DNA of 64,000 nt from Candidatus Bathyarchaeia archaeon (GCA_038882975.1 JAVZNE010000005.1:35624-99623), one strand, 5' to 3'; positions 10,157-18,805 are shown, counted from the first letter of the stretch. Notes: generated from the letters alone by a model not told the origin. Made by a program: numbers and translations.

Positions 10157-11053
10157 GTGAAGTTTATGAGAATTGTATTGGAGCCTTCTCAGCCTTTCAA
10201 CTTGGATTTAACATTGTGTTGTGGTCAAGCTTTTAGATGGGAAAAATTTGGCGAATGGTGGTATGGCATAATTGGGGACACACCTCTAAAGATTAGGCAG
10301 GTTGGCAACACACTTGAATTCGAGAACACCAGCCCCGACCTCGTGAAAAATTATTTTGGGCTAGGCGACGACTTACCAACAATTCTATCCCAAATCACAA
10401 AAGACAACCATATCGGAGAAGCCGTGAAAACCATTAAAGGCTTAAGGATTCTGCGCCAAGACCCTTGGGAGTGCCTCATCTCCTACATATGCGCCACCTA
10501 CAAGAACATACCAGCCATAAAAAGAATGCTCCACAAACTTTCTAAACGCTTTGGAGAAAAAACAGTACTAGATGGTTTTGCCTTGTACGCTTTCCCAACA
10601 GCAAATAAGCTGGTTAAGGCGAGTTTCCAGCAGTTGGCCGATTGTGGTTTGGGTTACAGAGCCAAATACGTTTACGAAGCCGCCAAAAAAGTTGCCAGCG
10701 GCGAGTTTGAAATTGAAAGTTTGAAAAGGGAAAGCTATGAAAAAGCGAGGGAAAAGCTGCTGACTTTGAAAGGTGTAGGCTTAAAAGTGGCGGATTGCGT
10801 GGCGCTTTTCGCCTTAGAAAAACTTGAGGCTTTCCCCGTGGATGTCTGGATGAAACGTGTGATAATAAGGCATTATGCAGACCACTTTGAAAATGAGTTT
10901 ATTGAGAAAATTTCGCTTAAAAAATCGTTGGTAAGGGCGGATTATGAAAGGCTTAGCCTTTTTGGGCGGAGATATTTCGGCGCTTACGCTGGCTATGCTC
11001 AAGAATACCTATTCCACTTTGAAAGAACAACGTCGGGACGGAGCACAACCTAG
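10157..11053 (+). CDS. 8-oxoguanine DNA glycosylase (OGG1-like, HhH-GPD)
   Basis: TL.CGQAFRW, GLRILRQDPWECLISYI, GLGYRA, GVG.KVADC, AFPVDVW, AGYAQEYLF. Confidence 0.92.
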   Translation: MKFMRIVLEPSQPFNLDLTLCCGQAFRWEKFGEWWYGIIGDTPLKIRQVGNTLEFENTSPDLVKNYFGLGDDLPTILSQITKDNHIGEAVKTIKGLRILRQDPWECLISYICATYKNIPAIKRMLHKLSKRFGEKTVLDGFALYAFPTANKLVKASFQQLADCGLGYRAKYVYEAAKKVASGEFEIESLKRESYEKAREKLLTLKGVGLKVADCVALFALEKLEAFPVDVWMKRVIIRHYADHFENEFIEKISLKKSLVRADYERLSLFGRRYFGAYAGYAQEYLFHFERTTSGRSTT

Positions 11054-11425
11054 CTAGATTAGGTTTTTCTCTTTGAGGGTCTGCGCCGCCCAGTTTCCAT
11101 GGGTCACAGCCATAGATATGGCTTCTGAAATGAACCGCTGAACAATAGTATAGTTGTGCTGCCTCACCTGTTCGGCAGCCTTTTGAAGTTTTGAGGCTAT
11201 ATCCCTAAAACCCTCAACTTGCGAAGCGTTAGCCGCAATGTTGACCTCAACTATTAGGGCGTTGAGATATGCCACCAACAATTTTTCAGCGCCGGCGGTT
11301 TCCGCTTCATCCTCTATTCCGCTTAAAAGCTCTAGTAGGCTTGAAGCCATTATAAGGCTTGTTTTAATCTTCTCCGCATAGTTGAAAACTGTTATAGCCT
11401 TTTTAGCATCCTCCAAAGTTTTCAT
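11054..11425 (-). CDS. Hypothetical helical protein
   Basis: ATG at 11425 overlaps the thioredoxin stop (ATGA), suggesting translational coupling. Confidence 0.7.
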   Translation of the reverse strand: MKTLEDAKKAITVFNYAEKIKTSLIMASSLLELLSGIEDEAETAGAEKLLVAYLNALIVEVNIAANASQVEGFRDIASKLQKAAEQVRQHNYTIVQRFISEAISMAVTHGNWAAQTLKEKNLI

Positions 11426-11736
11426 CTCTTTGTTTCTGAAGAGGCTCTGGCACGCCACTTCTCCAGTCTTTTACGGACTTCATCCTCAAGTCTCTCCTTG
11501 GAGATGAGGCGTCCAACCACTATGACTTCGTCGCCCAAAACTATGCTTGGAGTGCTCATGATTTGGTAGGCAAGACCTTCAGCCAAGCCTTCTTGGGTGT
11601 TCATATCCACTTCACGATACGGCAAGCCAAGCTTTTGGGCAACTTCAATTGCTATTTGCCTTGCCGCTGGACAACTTGAACATGTTGGCATCGTGAAAAC
11701 TTTAAGCTCCGGAGCCTTAACATCAAAGCCTTCCAT
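11422..11736 (-). CDS. Thioredoxin/glutaredoxin-family protein
   Basis: FTMPTCSSCP CxxC motif; IMSTPSIV cis-Pro motif. Confidence 0.88.
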   Translation of the reverse strand: MEGFDVKAPELKVFTMPTCSSCPAARQIAIEVAQKLGLPYREVDMNTQEGLAEGLAYQIMSTPSIVLGDEVIVVGRLISKERLEDEVRKRLEKWRARASSETKR

Positions 11737-11882
11737 AATTCCAAATTAGCGGTGCAGCATCCTTAAAATTGTTTTGACACTCTTACCATAAACACATTAA
11801 AAGGATCCCCGCCTAAGGCATAATTTTAACCGTAAAACTTTCATAATGGCAAAACAAATTCTATTTTCAACCGAAAAGCAGG

Positions 11883-11957
11883 GGGCCCGTAGCTCAGCTA
11901 GGTTAGAGCGACAGGCTCATAACCTGTTGGTCGCCGGTTCAAATCCGGCCGGGCCCA
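11883..11957 (+). tRNA. tRNA-Ile2 (anticodon CAU, agmatidine-type)
   Basis: Cloverleaf: acceptor GGGCCCG/CGGGCCC-A, D-arm GCTC..GAGC, anticodon arm ACAGG-CTCATAA-CCTGT, T-arm GCCGG-TTCAAAT-CCGGC; GGGCCC acceptor is typical of archaeal tRNA-Ile rather than Met. Confidence 0.9.
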
Positions 11958-11973
11958 CCTTTCACCCAAAAAT

Positions 11974-12453
11974 TCAAGCCTTCAGTTTTTTGACCAGTGT
12001 GGCTGTTCTTTTTCCAAGTTCGCGGCAATATTCAAGTTCTTCTTTGTCTGGTTTTTCCACTGCTGCCGCACCGTAGTGCTTGTCGTCTGCTCTTCCTTGA
12101 ACAATCATGCCATGAATTAGCATGGAGTTTAGTATGGACAACAAGGTTGTTTCGGCGCCTGTGGCTGTCCCACCAGAACTTGTGAAGGCTGCGCCCACTT
12201 TTCCTTCCAGTTTTCCATGGATTTTCACGGACTCGTCTATTAACGCTTTAAGCCTAGCGGACATCTGCCCATAATATGTTGGCGAGCCCATTATAATTCC
12301 GTCTGCAGCCAGCAAATCCTCAAGGCTTGTTTTGTCAACCTTCTTAACGGCTACCTCGACGCCTTCCACTTGTCTTGCGCCTTCAGCAACGGCAAAAGCC
12401 ATCTTCTCGGTATTCCCAGTCTTAGAATCATAAACTATAAGGATTTTCGCTAT
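11974..12453 (-). CDS. Flavodoxin / WrbA-like NAD(P)H-dependent oxidoreductase
   Basis: YDSKTGNTEKMA FMN loop, GSPTYYG, GKVGAAFTSSGG; start uncertain (ATA 12453, GTG 12459 or ATG 12477). Confidence 0.88.
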   Translation of the reverse strand: MAKILIVYDSKTGNTEKMAFAVAEGARQVEGVEVAVKKVDKTSLEDLLAADGIIMGSPTYYGQMSARLKALIDESVKIHGKLEGKVGAAFTSSGGTATGAETTLLSILNSMLIHGMIVQGRADDKHYGAAAVEKPDKEELEYCRELGKRTATLVKKLKA

Positions 12454-12542
12454 GCACACGCACCAGCAAAATTTCATTTAAAGACGCTTTTAGCTTTAAC
12501 CTTTGCCCTTTCCAATAGACTTTGAATGGCTAATGCAGCAAA

Positions 12543-12664
12543 TAGAAGATTCTTCCATAAGCTATAAGAATCCAGAAAGTGCTAAATTTCTGGGGAGAAT
12601 GGTGGAGCCTTTTTAGAGGGGAGAAAGGAGAGAAGGGAGAAAATCAGAACCACCATTCTCCCCA
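12543..12664. repeat. Copy 2 of the bipartite repeat, overlapped by a perfect 15-bp inverted repeat
   Basis: TGGGGAGAATGGTGG (12591-12605) / CCACCATTCTCCCCA (12650-12664). Confidence 0.75.
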
Positions 12665-12720
12665 TCATCCTTCCATGCGTATCTCTAATGTTGCTTTTAA
12701 ACTTTTCCTTCCATTTCGGA

Positions 12721-13536
12721 TTAAACCCTATCCTTAAAAGACCCGAATGCTGCTTGCCTTATTTCAGCCTTAAACCTTTCCGTATCCATGAAGAAGGTAT
12801 ATATTGGCTTGGCATTTACAACAAGCCACCAGTTTCCCCGCTTTATTGATTCTTCAGGCTTTTCCCACTCGTTTATCATCTCAATTTTTATGTTGGGCAG
12901 CGTCTCCCTAATCATGGCTTTTATTCTCTCCGCGAATGGATAGGAAAACTGACACTTTTGACCATAAAATATTACTGCTTTACCAGCATCCTCCTCCAGA
13001 GGCTCATATTTCGCCTTTGGAACTGGTTCGTATTCGCCATCCATGGGAAAATACATAGCGTTTCCTTCACCTGTCGGAATAAAACCATATTTTTCGTAAA
13101 ATTTGGGCATTGGGAGAAGCTCGCCCGTGTTAAAGGCGTTGGCCAAAATAAACTTGCATGGTTTATTGCCAAGACAAGATTTTCTCTCCTTGACATCTTT
13201 AATAACGCCTTGCAACAACATTCTGCCGAGTCCCAGTTTTTGTGCCTCTGGTGTTGGGTTGTAAATGCAGTTTATGAAGAGGACGCCTTCACGCTTAGAC
13301 GCCTTTGCTTTGTCAGCCACCTCCGGATAGTATAAGATTTGGGCTGCCGGTTTATCATTGTGGTAGGCGATTTTTGCACAAGAACCATACTCGTCAAGCA
13401 TTTCTCCAAGCCAAAGCCTCTTAAGCCTAACACCTTCTCTATGGACTGGATCTTCAAGCCTTTTAGAAGAGCAAACATAAATAACGTCGTCTATGTTTGA
13501 ATCTTGGAGATTTTCAATTCTCAATTTATCATGCAT
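12721..13536 (-). CDS. GNAT acetyltransferase with C-terminal YoaP-like domain
   Basis: QILYYPE, INCIY, QKLGLGRMLL acetyl-CoA motif, FYEKYGF, YGQKCQFS. Confidence 0.8.
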   Translation of the reverse strand: MHDKLRIENLQDSNIDDVIYVCSSKRLEDPVHREGVRLKRLWLGEMLDEYGSCAKIAYHNDKPAAQILYYPEVADKAKASKREGVLFINCIYNPTPEAQKLGLGRMLLQGVIKDVKERKSCLGNKPCKFILANAFNTGELLPMPKFYEKYGFIPTGEGNAMYFPMDGEYEPVPKAKYEPLEEDAGKAVIFYGQKCQFSYPFAERIKAMIRETLPNIKIEMINEWEKPEESIKRGNWWLVVNAKPIYTFFMDTERFKAEIRQAAFGSFKDRV

Positions 13537-14119
13537 GGCTTTTGCCTTGCCTTCGGCTCTCCGCCATTTCCTTTATAATCTCGTCAACAGTCATTATTTT
13601 TGCGTTGTAGACATATTCCAAATACTTTAAGCCTTGCTCATGATCTTCTTGTGTGAAGGATTCCACGCCGTCCTTTGCCACAATTATTTTGTAGCCTCTG
13701 AAGAAGGCGTCTGCAGCCGTGTGCCGCACGCAAATGTGCGTGTGTAATCCACCCAAAACAACGGTTTTTACACCTTCACCATTATACAAGCTTCTTAAGA
13801 GCGGGTCTAGTCCAGTCTCGTAGAAGCCGCTGTAGGTTCGCTTCTCCACAACAAAATCCTTCTCCGTGGGCTTTAGTTCTGGAATAACATCGGCGCCCTT
13901 GGTGCCCTTTATGGCGTGTTTACCCCAGCGGTGAACAACCTCAAAATCGTTAGGATAATGGGCATCATTACTGTAAATAACTGGGACGCCATATTTGCGG
14001 GCAGCCTCCACAAGCCTCTTAAGATTAGGAATTATGTGCTGTGCTCTCTCACACTTCAAATCGCCGGTGACAAAATCATTTAGCATGTCAATTATTATAA
14101 CACACATTCTCTCGGACAT
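13529..14119 (-). CDS. Cysteine hydrolase (isochorismatase/nicotinamidase family)
   Basis: VIIIDMLNDF, KRTYSGF, GLHTHICVRHTAADA catalytic Asp-Lys-Cys; probable start MSERM at 14119. Confidence 0.92.
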   Translation of the reverse strand: MSERMCVIIIDMLNDFVTGDLKCERAQHIIPNLKRLVEAARKYGVPVIYSNDAHYPNDFEVVHRWGKHAIKGTKGADVIPELKPTEKDFVVEKRTYSGFYETGLDPLLRSLYNGEGVKTVVLGGLHTHICVRHTAADAFFRGYKIIVAKDGVESFTQEDHEQGLKYLEYVYNAKIMTVDEIIKEMAESRRQGKSHA

Positions 14120-14148
14120 GCTTAACACCCTTCGCACTTCATAGTTTG

Positions 14149-15273
14149 TCATTTCCTCTTTCTAAAGATTTTGACTCCATCCATATCACATACGTATTCG
14201 AAGCCAACCTCTACGAGCCTGCAAGCCTCTTCAACAGTTTTAGCTGTCCTAACATAGAATTCATCGTTTGTGTTTTGGAATATTGCTTTTTCTATCGTTA
14301 TATAAACTAACGTATTCTGGATGTTTCTGTGTCCCAGCAGCTCTTTGACATGTATTATATCTTTGGTTTTGTGGTATTCCATGGTGCCTTTCCAATGTCT
14401 GAAGGAATGGAAGCCAATTTTTAGAAGTCTTGGATTGCCAAGCTTAAAGGCTAATTGTTTTCTACGTCTGTAAAATGTTGTTTGAGCTACGTTTCTTGAC
14501 GGAAAGAGCTTCTCGCTTTTCTTTGGAAGCCTATTTAGCATCATTATGGCTGTTTCGCTCAGTGGAAGTATTCTTGGAAAGCTCCCTTTTTCTGGAGTGA
14601 TGCGGACCGTTCGCCTTTCAAAGTCTATGTCCGTCCATTTAAGCTTTAAAGCTTCGCCGACTCTCATGCCCGTTTCCTTTAACAGTTGAAGCAGAGCTGA
14701 AAGGGTTTTACTGGAATTCGCTATTAGTAAGTCAAGCTCCTGCTCCGTTGGAACAAATGGGATTTTACATGACACTTTATATTCTGGCTGCTGCCATGCA
14801 ATTCCTAAATAGTCGTAGAAGCCCTTAAGGACTGTTGAATAATTATGCTTTGAAGTTTCGTTCATGTTGGCTTTTGTTAAGAATTCTTTAACTGCTTCAG
14901 GCTCTAAGAGGTCGGTTTTCTTGGCTAGATACTCAAGCTTCTGCTTGTAGTCTCTGATTGTAAAGGCAGACCTACCCATTTTTTGAAGATGCCACAAGAA
15001 TTGGAAGATTTTCCCTTTAACGTCAAAGCCTGCTTCTGTGGCTCCCGCCTCCTGCTTTTCCCTTTGCCCTTGGGCTTCCACCAAAAGCTTAACCGCCTTT
15101 TGGTGTGCATCACCATCACTTTTTGTGACCAAGCCATCATATGGCTTTCTGGTTTCGCTAAACCGGAAACAACAGTTTCTGCATAAATATCGCTGAACAC
15201 TCGAGCCGTCTGCTAAATAGCGATAGCCGTCTTTGTAGAGGAGCGGTGAGCCACATTGCGGGCAGCAAAGCAT
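14149..15273 (-). CDS. Tyrosine recombinase/integrase with N-terminal zinc ribbon
   Basis: CPQC..CRNC; catalytic R (TGMRVGE), K (PEKG), HxxR (HSFRH), H (LLGH), Y (TLVY). Confidence 0.95.
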   Translation of the reverse strand: MLCCPQCGSPLLYKDGYRYLADGSSVQRYLCRNCCFRFSETRKPYDGLVTKSDGDAHQKAVKLLVEAQGQREKQEAGATEAGFDVKGKIFQFLWHLQKMGRSAFTIRDYKQKLEYLAKKTDLLEPEAVKEFLTKANMNETSKHNYSTVLKGFYDYLGIAWQQPEYKVSCKIPFVPTEQELDLLIANSSKTLSALLQLLKETGMRVGEALKLKWTDIDFERRTVRITPEKGSFPRILPLSETAIMMLNRLPKKSEKLFPSRNVAQTTFYRRRKQLAFKLGNPRLLKIGFHSFRHWKGTMEYHKTKDIIHVKELLGHRNIQNTLVYITIEKAIFQNTNDEFYVRTAKTVEEACRLVEVGFEYVCDMDGVKIFRKRK

Positions 15274-15300
15274 TAGAGGTTATGCCTCTTTCGTTTAATC

Positions 15301-15636
15301 TTAGCGCTTTTTCCTTCCCACTGTGGAGCCGTTTTTGAAAGTCCAGTAGAACCAGCCGTCTCTGGTAAGCTTGCCATTGTGGTTTGCTAAGTCTTTCAAT
15401 AAAGCCTTAAACTCCGGATTATTAACGTCTTCGCTCCTCTCAAACTCGCCCCTAAAGCCTTGAGCCTTCTCCCATTTTATTTTGTCAGGGTTCCATGAAA
15501 ATTTCGGTTTAGCCTTGTCTTCACTAACGCCTACAAGTTTAGCAATTTGCTGTTTCATTCTAATAATTGACGCCTCTAGCGAGTCTAGGAAATCGCAGAA
15601 ATCCTCGAGGAAAATTTCAAAATCTTCAATATTCAA
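15301..15636 (-). CDS. Hypothetical mobile-element protein
   Basis: GAGGTG RBS before TTG; acidic N-terminal helix and W-rich C-terminus. Confidence 0.7.
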   Translation of the reverse strand: MNIEDFEIFLEDFCDFLDSLEASIIRMKQQIAKLVGVSEDKAKPKFSWNPDKIKWEKAQGFRGEFERSEDVNNPEFKALLKDLANHNGKLTRDGWFYWTFKNGSTVGRKKR

Positions 15637-15742
15637 CGCAGTTCACCTCGCTAACATGTTGGCTTCTGCAATATGGACAAGGCCTTAAGCCAGCAGCTTG
15701 GAAGAGTCTTCCACAAGCATTGCACACATAAAGCCTCAACAT
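15626..15742 (-). CDS. 38-aa zinc-ribbon microprotein (absent from ORF track)
   Basis: MLRLYVCNACGRLFQAAGLRPCPYCRSQHVSEVNCVEY*; AGGTGA RBS; stop overlaps the start of the next gene. Confidence 0.75.
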   Translation of the reverse strand: MLRLYVCNACGRLFQAAGLRPCPYCRSQHVSEVNCVEY

Positions 15743-15806
15743 TTTCACCTTCTTTTATGGTTTGGAAATAAAAAGGTGGGATGTGGAAGCTGTTGCCTCT
15801 AACATT

Positions 15807-16094
15807 TCAGTAGGCCTCGTTAATCCATCCAATAGGCTCTTTCAGCAGGCTTTGAGGAACTTTCAAGTGGATTTTGCCACCATTGTCTTTGTAGCCGTGT
15901 TTCTTGACGCTTTCCAATGCTTCTTTGCCTATTACGCCTAAGCGGTAGCGTTTGCCTTGATATTCAACCTCGAAAATTAAGGCGTCTAACGTTCTGGATT
16001 CTTTAGGCGGACTTAGCAGCAGGCAATCGACAAGCGCAAGCCCTAAATCCTCGTCTGACAATCCTTGTTTAGGCGTCTCCTCCTTTTTCTCCAT
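15807..16094 (-). CDS. Hypothetical mobile-element protein
   Basis: GAGGTG RBS before MEKKEE at 16094 (track start 16232 overlaps the ParB-like gene). Confidence 0.7.
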   Translation of the reverse strand: MEKKEETPKQGLSDEDLGLALVDCLLLSPPKESRTLDALIFEVEYQGKRYRLGVIGKEALESVKKHGYKDNGGKIHLKVPQSLLKEPIGWINEAY

Positions 16095-16104
16095 AAAATT
16101 CACC

Positions 16105-16989
16105 TCATGGCCGGGAAGACTCGTTTCGAGTCTCCCTTTCAGCCTCACCTTTAATGAGTAGCAAAACCTTGTCATACTCCTCCGAGTGAACCTTAATCCA
16201 CTTAACGTCCAGTCGTGAAAGAAGCCTTCCACAATAATCGCATGTCATATACTCCGTCTTTCTAGGTTCGGCTTCAGGCTTCAAATCGTCTGGACCTAAA
16301 GGCTTGAAGCGTTTACCCTCTTCCAAAGCCTGTTTGAGGTTGGTTGTTATGCCTAAATCCTCATCCGTTAATGGTTGTTTTTCTTGTGATTCTTGTTTGA
16401 TGATCAAACTTTGAGTCTCTGCCTTGATAGGTGCAGTTTCGTCTGGCTTCTCTTTATATCTTGTTTCTTCAGATTCTTGTTTGACAGTCAAACTTTTCTC
16501 ATAAGCCTGTCTGATTGTAAGTGAGCCTTCCTTAACTTTTCCAAGCAAATCCTTGTTTTTAGCTACCGTCAAAAGCATGCTGACATAGCCTTTAGACATA
16601 TGCAAGTTGTCAGCTATCTCTTCGATCTTCATACCATTTTTCTGAAGGTTGAGAACAAACTCGGCTAATTCTCCAACGTTAACTTTGCCTCTTAAAACGT
16701 TAAGCTTAGCGCTATGGAGGATAGCGTCTTGTTTTGAGCCTTTTACAACATAGGCTTGAATCAAAGTTTTGCCTTGACTTTTAAGGGCTTCAAGCCTGTT
16801 TTGGCCGTCTGCAAGCCAGTAAACGCCATCCTTATCCTCACAAACATGGATAGGCTGAATGACGCCTTCGGCCTTTATGCTTTCCTCAAAATCGCTATGA
16901 TCGTCGAAGTGGCTGTGGAGCCTACCCTCTGGAATTTTTATGTCGGTCACTTTAAGCCACCTCAAACTTGGTATGGCATCCTTTTTCAT
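16105..16989 (-). CDS. ParB/Srx N-terminal domain protein with HTH and C-terminal CxxC
   Basis: SIKAEGVIQPI, LADGQNRLEA ParB motifs; IEEIADNLHMSKGYVS HTH; CDYC; ATGA coupling at 16986-16989. Confidence 0.85.
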   Translation of the reverse strand: MKKDAIPSLRWLKVTDIKIPEGRLHSHFDDHSDFEESIKAEGVIQPIHVCEDKDGVYWLADGQNRLEALKSQGKTLIQAYVVKGSKQDAILHSAKLNVLRGKVNVGELAEFVLNLQKNGMKIEEIADNLHMSKGYVSMLLTVAKNKDLLGKVKEGSLTIRQAYEKSLTVKQESEETRYKEKPDETAPIKAETQSLIIKQESQEKQPLTDEDLGITTNLKQALEEGKRFKPLGPDDLKPEAEPRKTEYMTCDYCGRLLSRLDVKWIKVHSEEYDKVLLLIKGEAERETRNESSRP

Positions 16990-17270
16990 TCTCGCCACTC
17001 GCCCTCTGTAGATCCAAGGGGTTTGGCAAACCGCTTAGCCATCTCGTCCATCCATTTTTGATCTGCGTCTTTCTCGCCTATTGTTGAACGCCTCTCAGAA
17101 TAGAAGGCAATAATACGATTGGCGTCTTTGCTTACTCCGGTTACCCAGAACTCTAAGCGATAAAAAATGCCGTGCTTGTCAAGCCCTTTAATATAAAAGC
17201 AATGGTGCACAGGCTTTGAAGGATCCAACCTGTTTTTAAATTCATCGTAATCGAATAGGATTTCCCGCAT
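16986..17270 (-). CDS. Hypothetical mobile-element protein
   Basis: GAGGTG RBS before MREILF at 17270. Confidence 0.7.
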   Translation of the reverse strand: MREILFDYDEFKNRLDPSKPVHHCFYIKGLDKHGIFYRLEFWVTGVSKDANRIIAFYSERRSTIGEKDADQKWMDEMAKRFAKPLGSTEGEWRE

Positions 17271-17274
17271 ATTT

Positions 17275-17526
17275 TTACACCTCAGCCTTTTGCTCAAACC
17301 GCAAAAGTAGATCCTTTTTGAGAATGTCCAATCCTTCCAAAACTTTGTGAATGTCGGCATCCTTTCTTACGAGCAAGACGCAGTTAGCGTTTATAAAGAA
17401 GGGTATTTCGTCCCTGCCTTCACAGCCTACTTCTTTCCTCAAAATTTTTGGTAAATAGCCGTAGCCACGTGGATCAGTAATCTTTATTACGCCTACAGGT
17501 CTAAGGCTTTCTTTTACCTTAACCAT
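17275..17526 (-). CDS. AbrB/SpoVT-like swapped-hairpin DNA-binding protein (putative)
   Basis: KITDPRGYGYLPKILRKEVG..GRDEI pattern resembles AbrB; first gene of the leftward island operon. Confidence 0.55.
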   Translation of the reverse strand: MVKVKESLRPVGVIKITDPRGYGYLPKILRKEVGCEGRDEIPFFINANCVLLVRKDADIHKVLEGLDILKKDLLLRFEQKAEV

Positions 17527-17590
17527 CCCATGCACCTACAAATTTTTTAAGCGTCAATTACGTGTATTTGATAAATGGTGATAGTAACAT

Positions 17591-18064
17591 TTGTTGAAGC
17601 GCGAATCAACATTGAGCCAAAGGTTGATGAAAATCTCCAAAAACGGATGGAAATTGTTGAATGCTTTATATGATACCTATAAGAAAGGCGTTCCATACCT
17701 TAGCCAAACAGAGTTGTGCAAATACGCGGATTTAGATAGAGCAACCGTCTCCAGGGAAATTAAGAGATTAGAAAAACTTGGATTCGTAAACATAAGACGG
17801 GAAGGGAGGCGTCCTTACGTTTCAATGTCTGGCTTAGCCCACGAGCTTTTTAGAGAGCCGGTCGAAGAGGTTGTTGAAAGAAGTCTATACCAGCTTATCC
17901 AGGAAAGTGAAAATATGGTCGACGAATATGTTGGGAAAAAGTTAATGTTGCCGCCATTAAACGAGGTGCGCAAAAGGCTTGAAGAAATTTTTGGGCTTCC
18001 TCCCCTAGAAGAAAAGCTTAAGGAAAAATTAAGAGAACCCCGGCAAACAAAGAACTTTCAATAA
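17591..18064 (+). CDS. MarR-like winged-helix transcriptional regulator
   Basis: LSQTELCKYADLDRATVSREIKRLEKLGFV; divergent from the integrase operon. Confidence 0.85.
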   Translation: MLKRESTLSQRLMKISKNGWKLLNALYDTYKKGVPYLSQTELCKYADLDRATVSREIKRLEKLGFVNIRREGRRPYVSMSGLAHELFREPVEEVVERSLYQLIQESENMVDEYVGKKLMLPPLNEVRKRLEEIFGLPPLEEKLKEKLREPRQTKNFQ

Positions 18065-18553
18065 TGCACGTCTACTGAAAGCTCCTTTATTTAGTCACGG
18101 TATGTGCTTTACGAGATTTTAAGCTTGTAAAACGCCTCGTAAAGCTGCAAGTTTTGAATTATAGCTGTCGTTGTTCGCAGGACCTCAAATTCGCTCGTAG
18201 TGCTTGCTTGTTCTTGAACTATTCAGTCGCAATGGAAGCATTTATGCATGGCTTACACCTAATAGGCATTATTAGCTGTATATGCTAGCACGGTATGCCT
18301 ATTCTTGAATGCTTGCTCTAGCCTATAGGGGGTGGGGGTTTCATTCTAGGGATTGAAATTCATGCATAGGAAATCGAGAGTTGATAACGTAGCATGTAAC
18401 GGATACGATGACGAATGCGTCAACGCATGATTGCTTGTATATCTGCGTTATATGCGAAAACACACTCGATAACGGGAACCGATGCAAACCCTCGATGATA
18501 TTAAATTGCCTAGGAGGAGGAGGTGGGGCCCGCATAAAATGCTAAAAATGGGC

Positions 18554-18805
18554 TTATGGCTCATGTTGTCCAAGGCTAGCTTCAACGGACCCTTCTTCGG
18601 CTTGTCCAACGAGCTCCCGTAGCTTTTCCTTAACGGCTCCCTTATCAGCCTCCGAAAGCTCATTCAAGAGCTCAAAGCCCTTACCCTCAACTATGATCTT
18701 TCGCAGAACAGCCTCACACCTTGCTTTACAATCAGCCCCAACCATTTCACAAGCATCCCTAGCTATCTCCTCAGCCATTAAACCGGCAATCTCCTCTTCA
18801 CTCAT
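18554..18805 (-). CDS. Hypothetical protein
   Basis: GAGGTGA RBS; 83-aa charged helical ORF. Confidence 0.55.
   Translation of the reverse strand: MSEEEIAGLMAEEIARDACEMVGADCKARCEAVLRKIIVEGKGFELLNELSEADKGAVKEKLRELVGQAEEGSVEASLGQHEP

Noticed and set aside
11883-11957. tRNA as integration site of the nearby integrase
   Set aside because: No duplicate of either tRNA end was seen elsewhere in the window, and three ordinary genes separate it from the integrase
11846-12076. 76-aa ORF in the track
   Set aside because: Overlies the tRNA-Ile2 gene and the antisense flavodoxin 3' end; not protein-like
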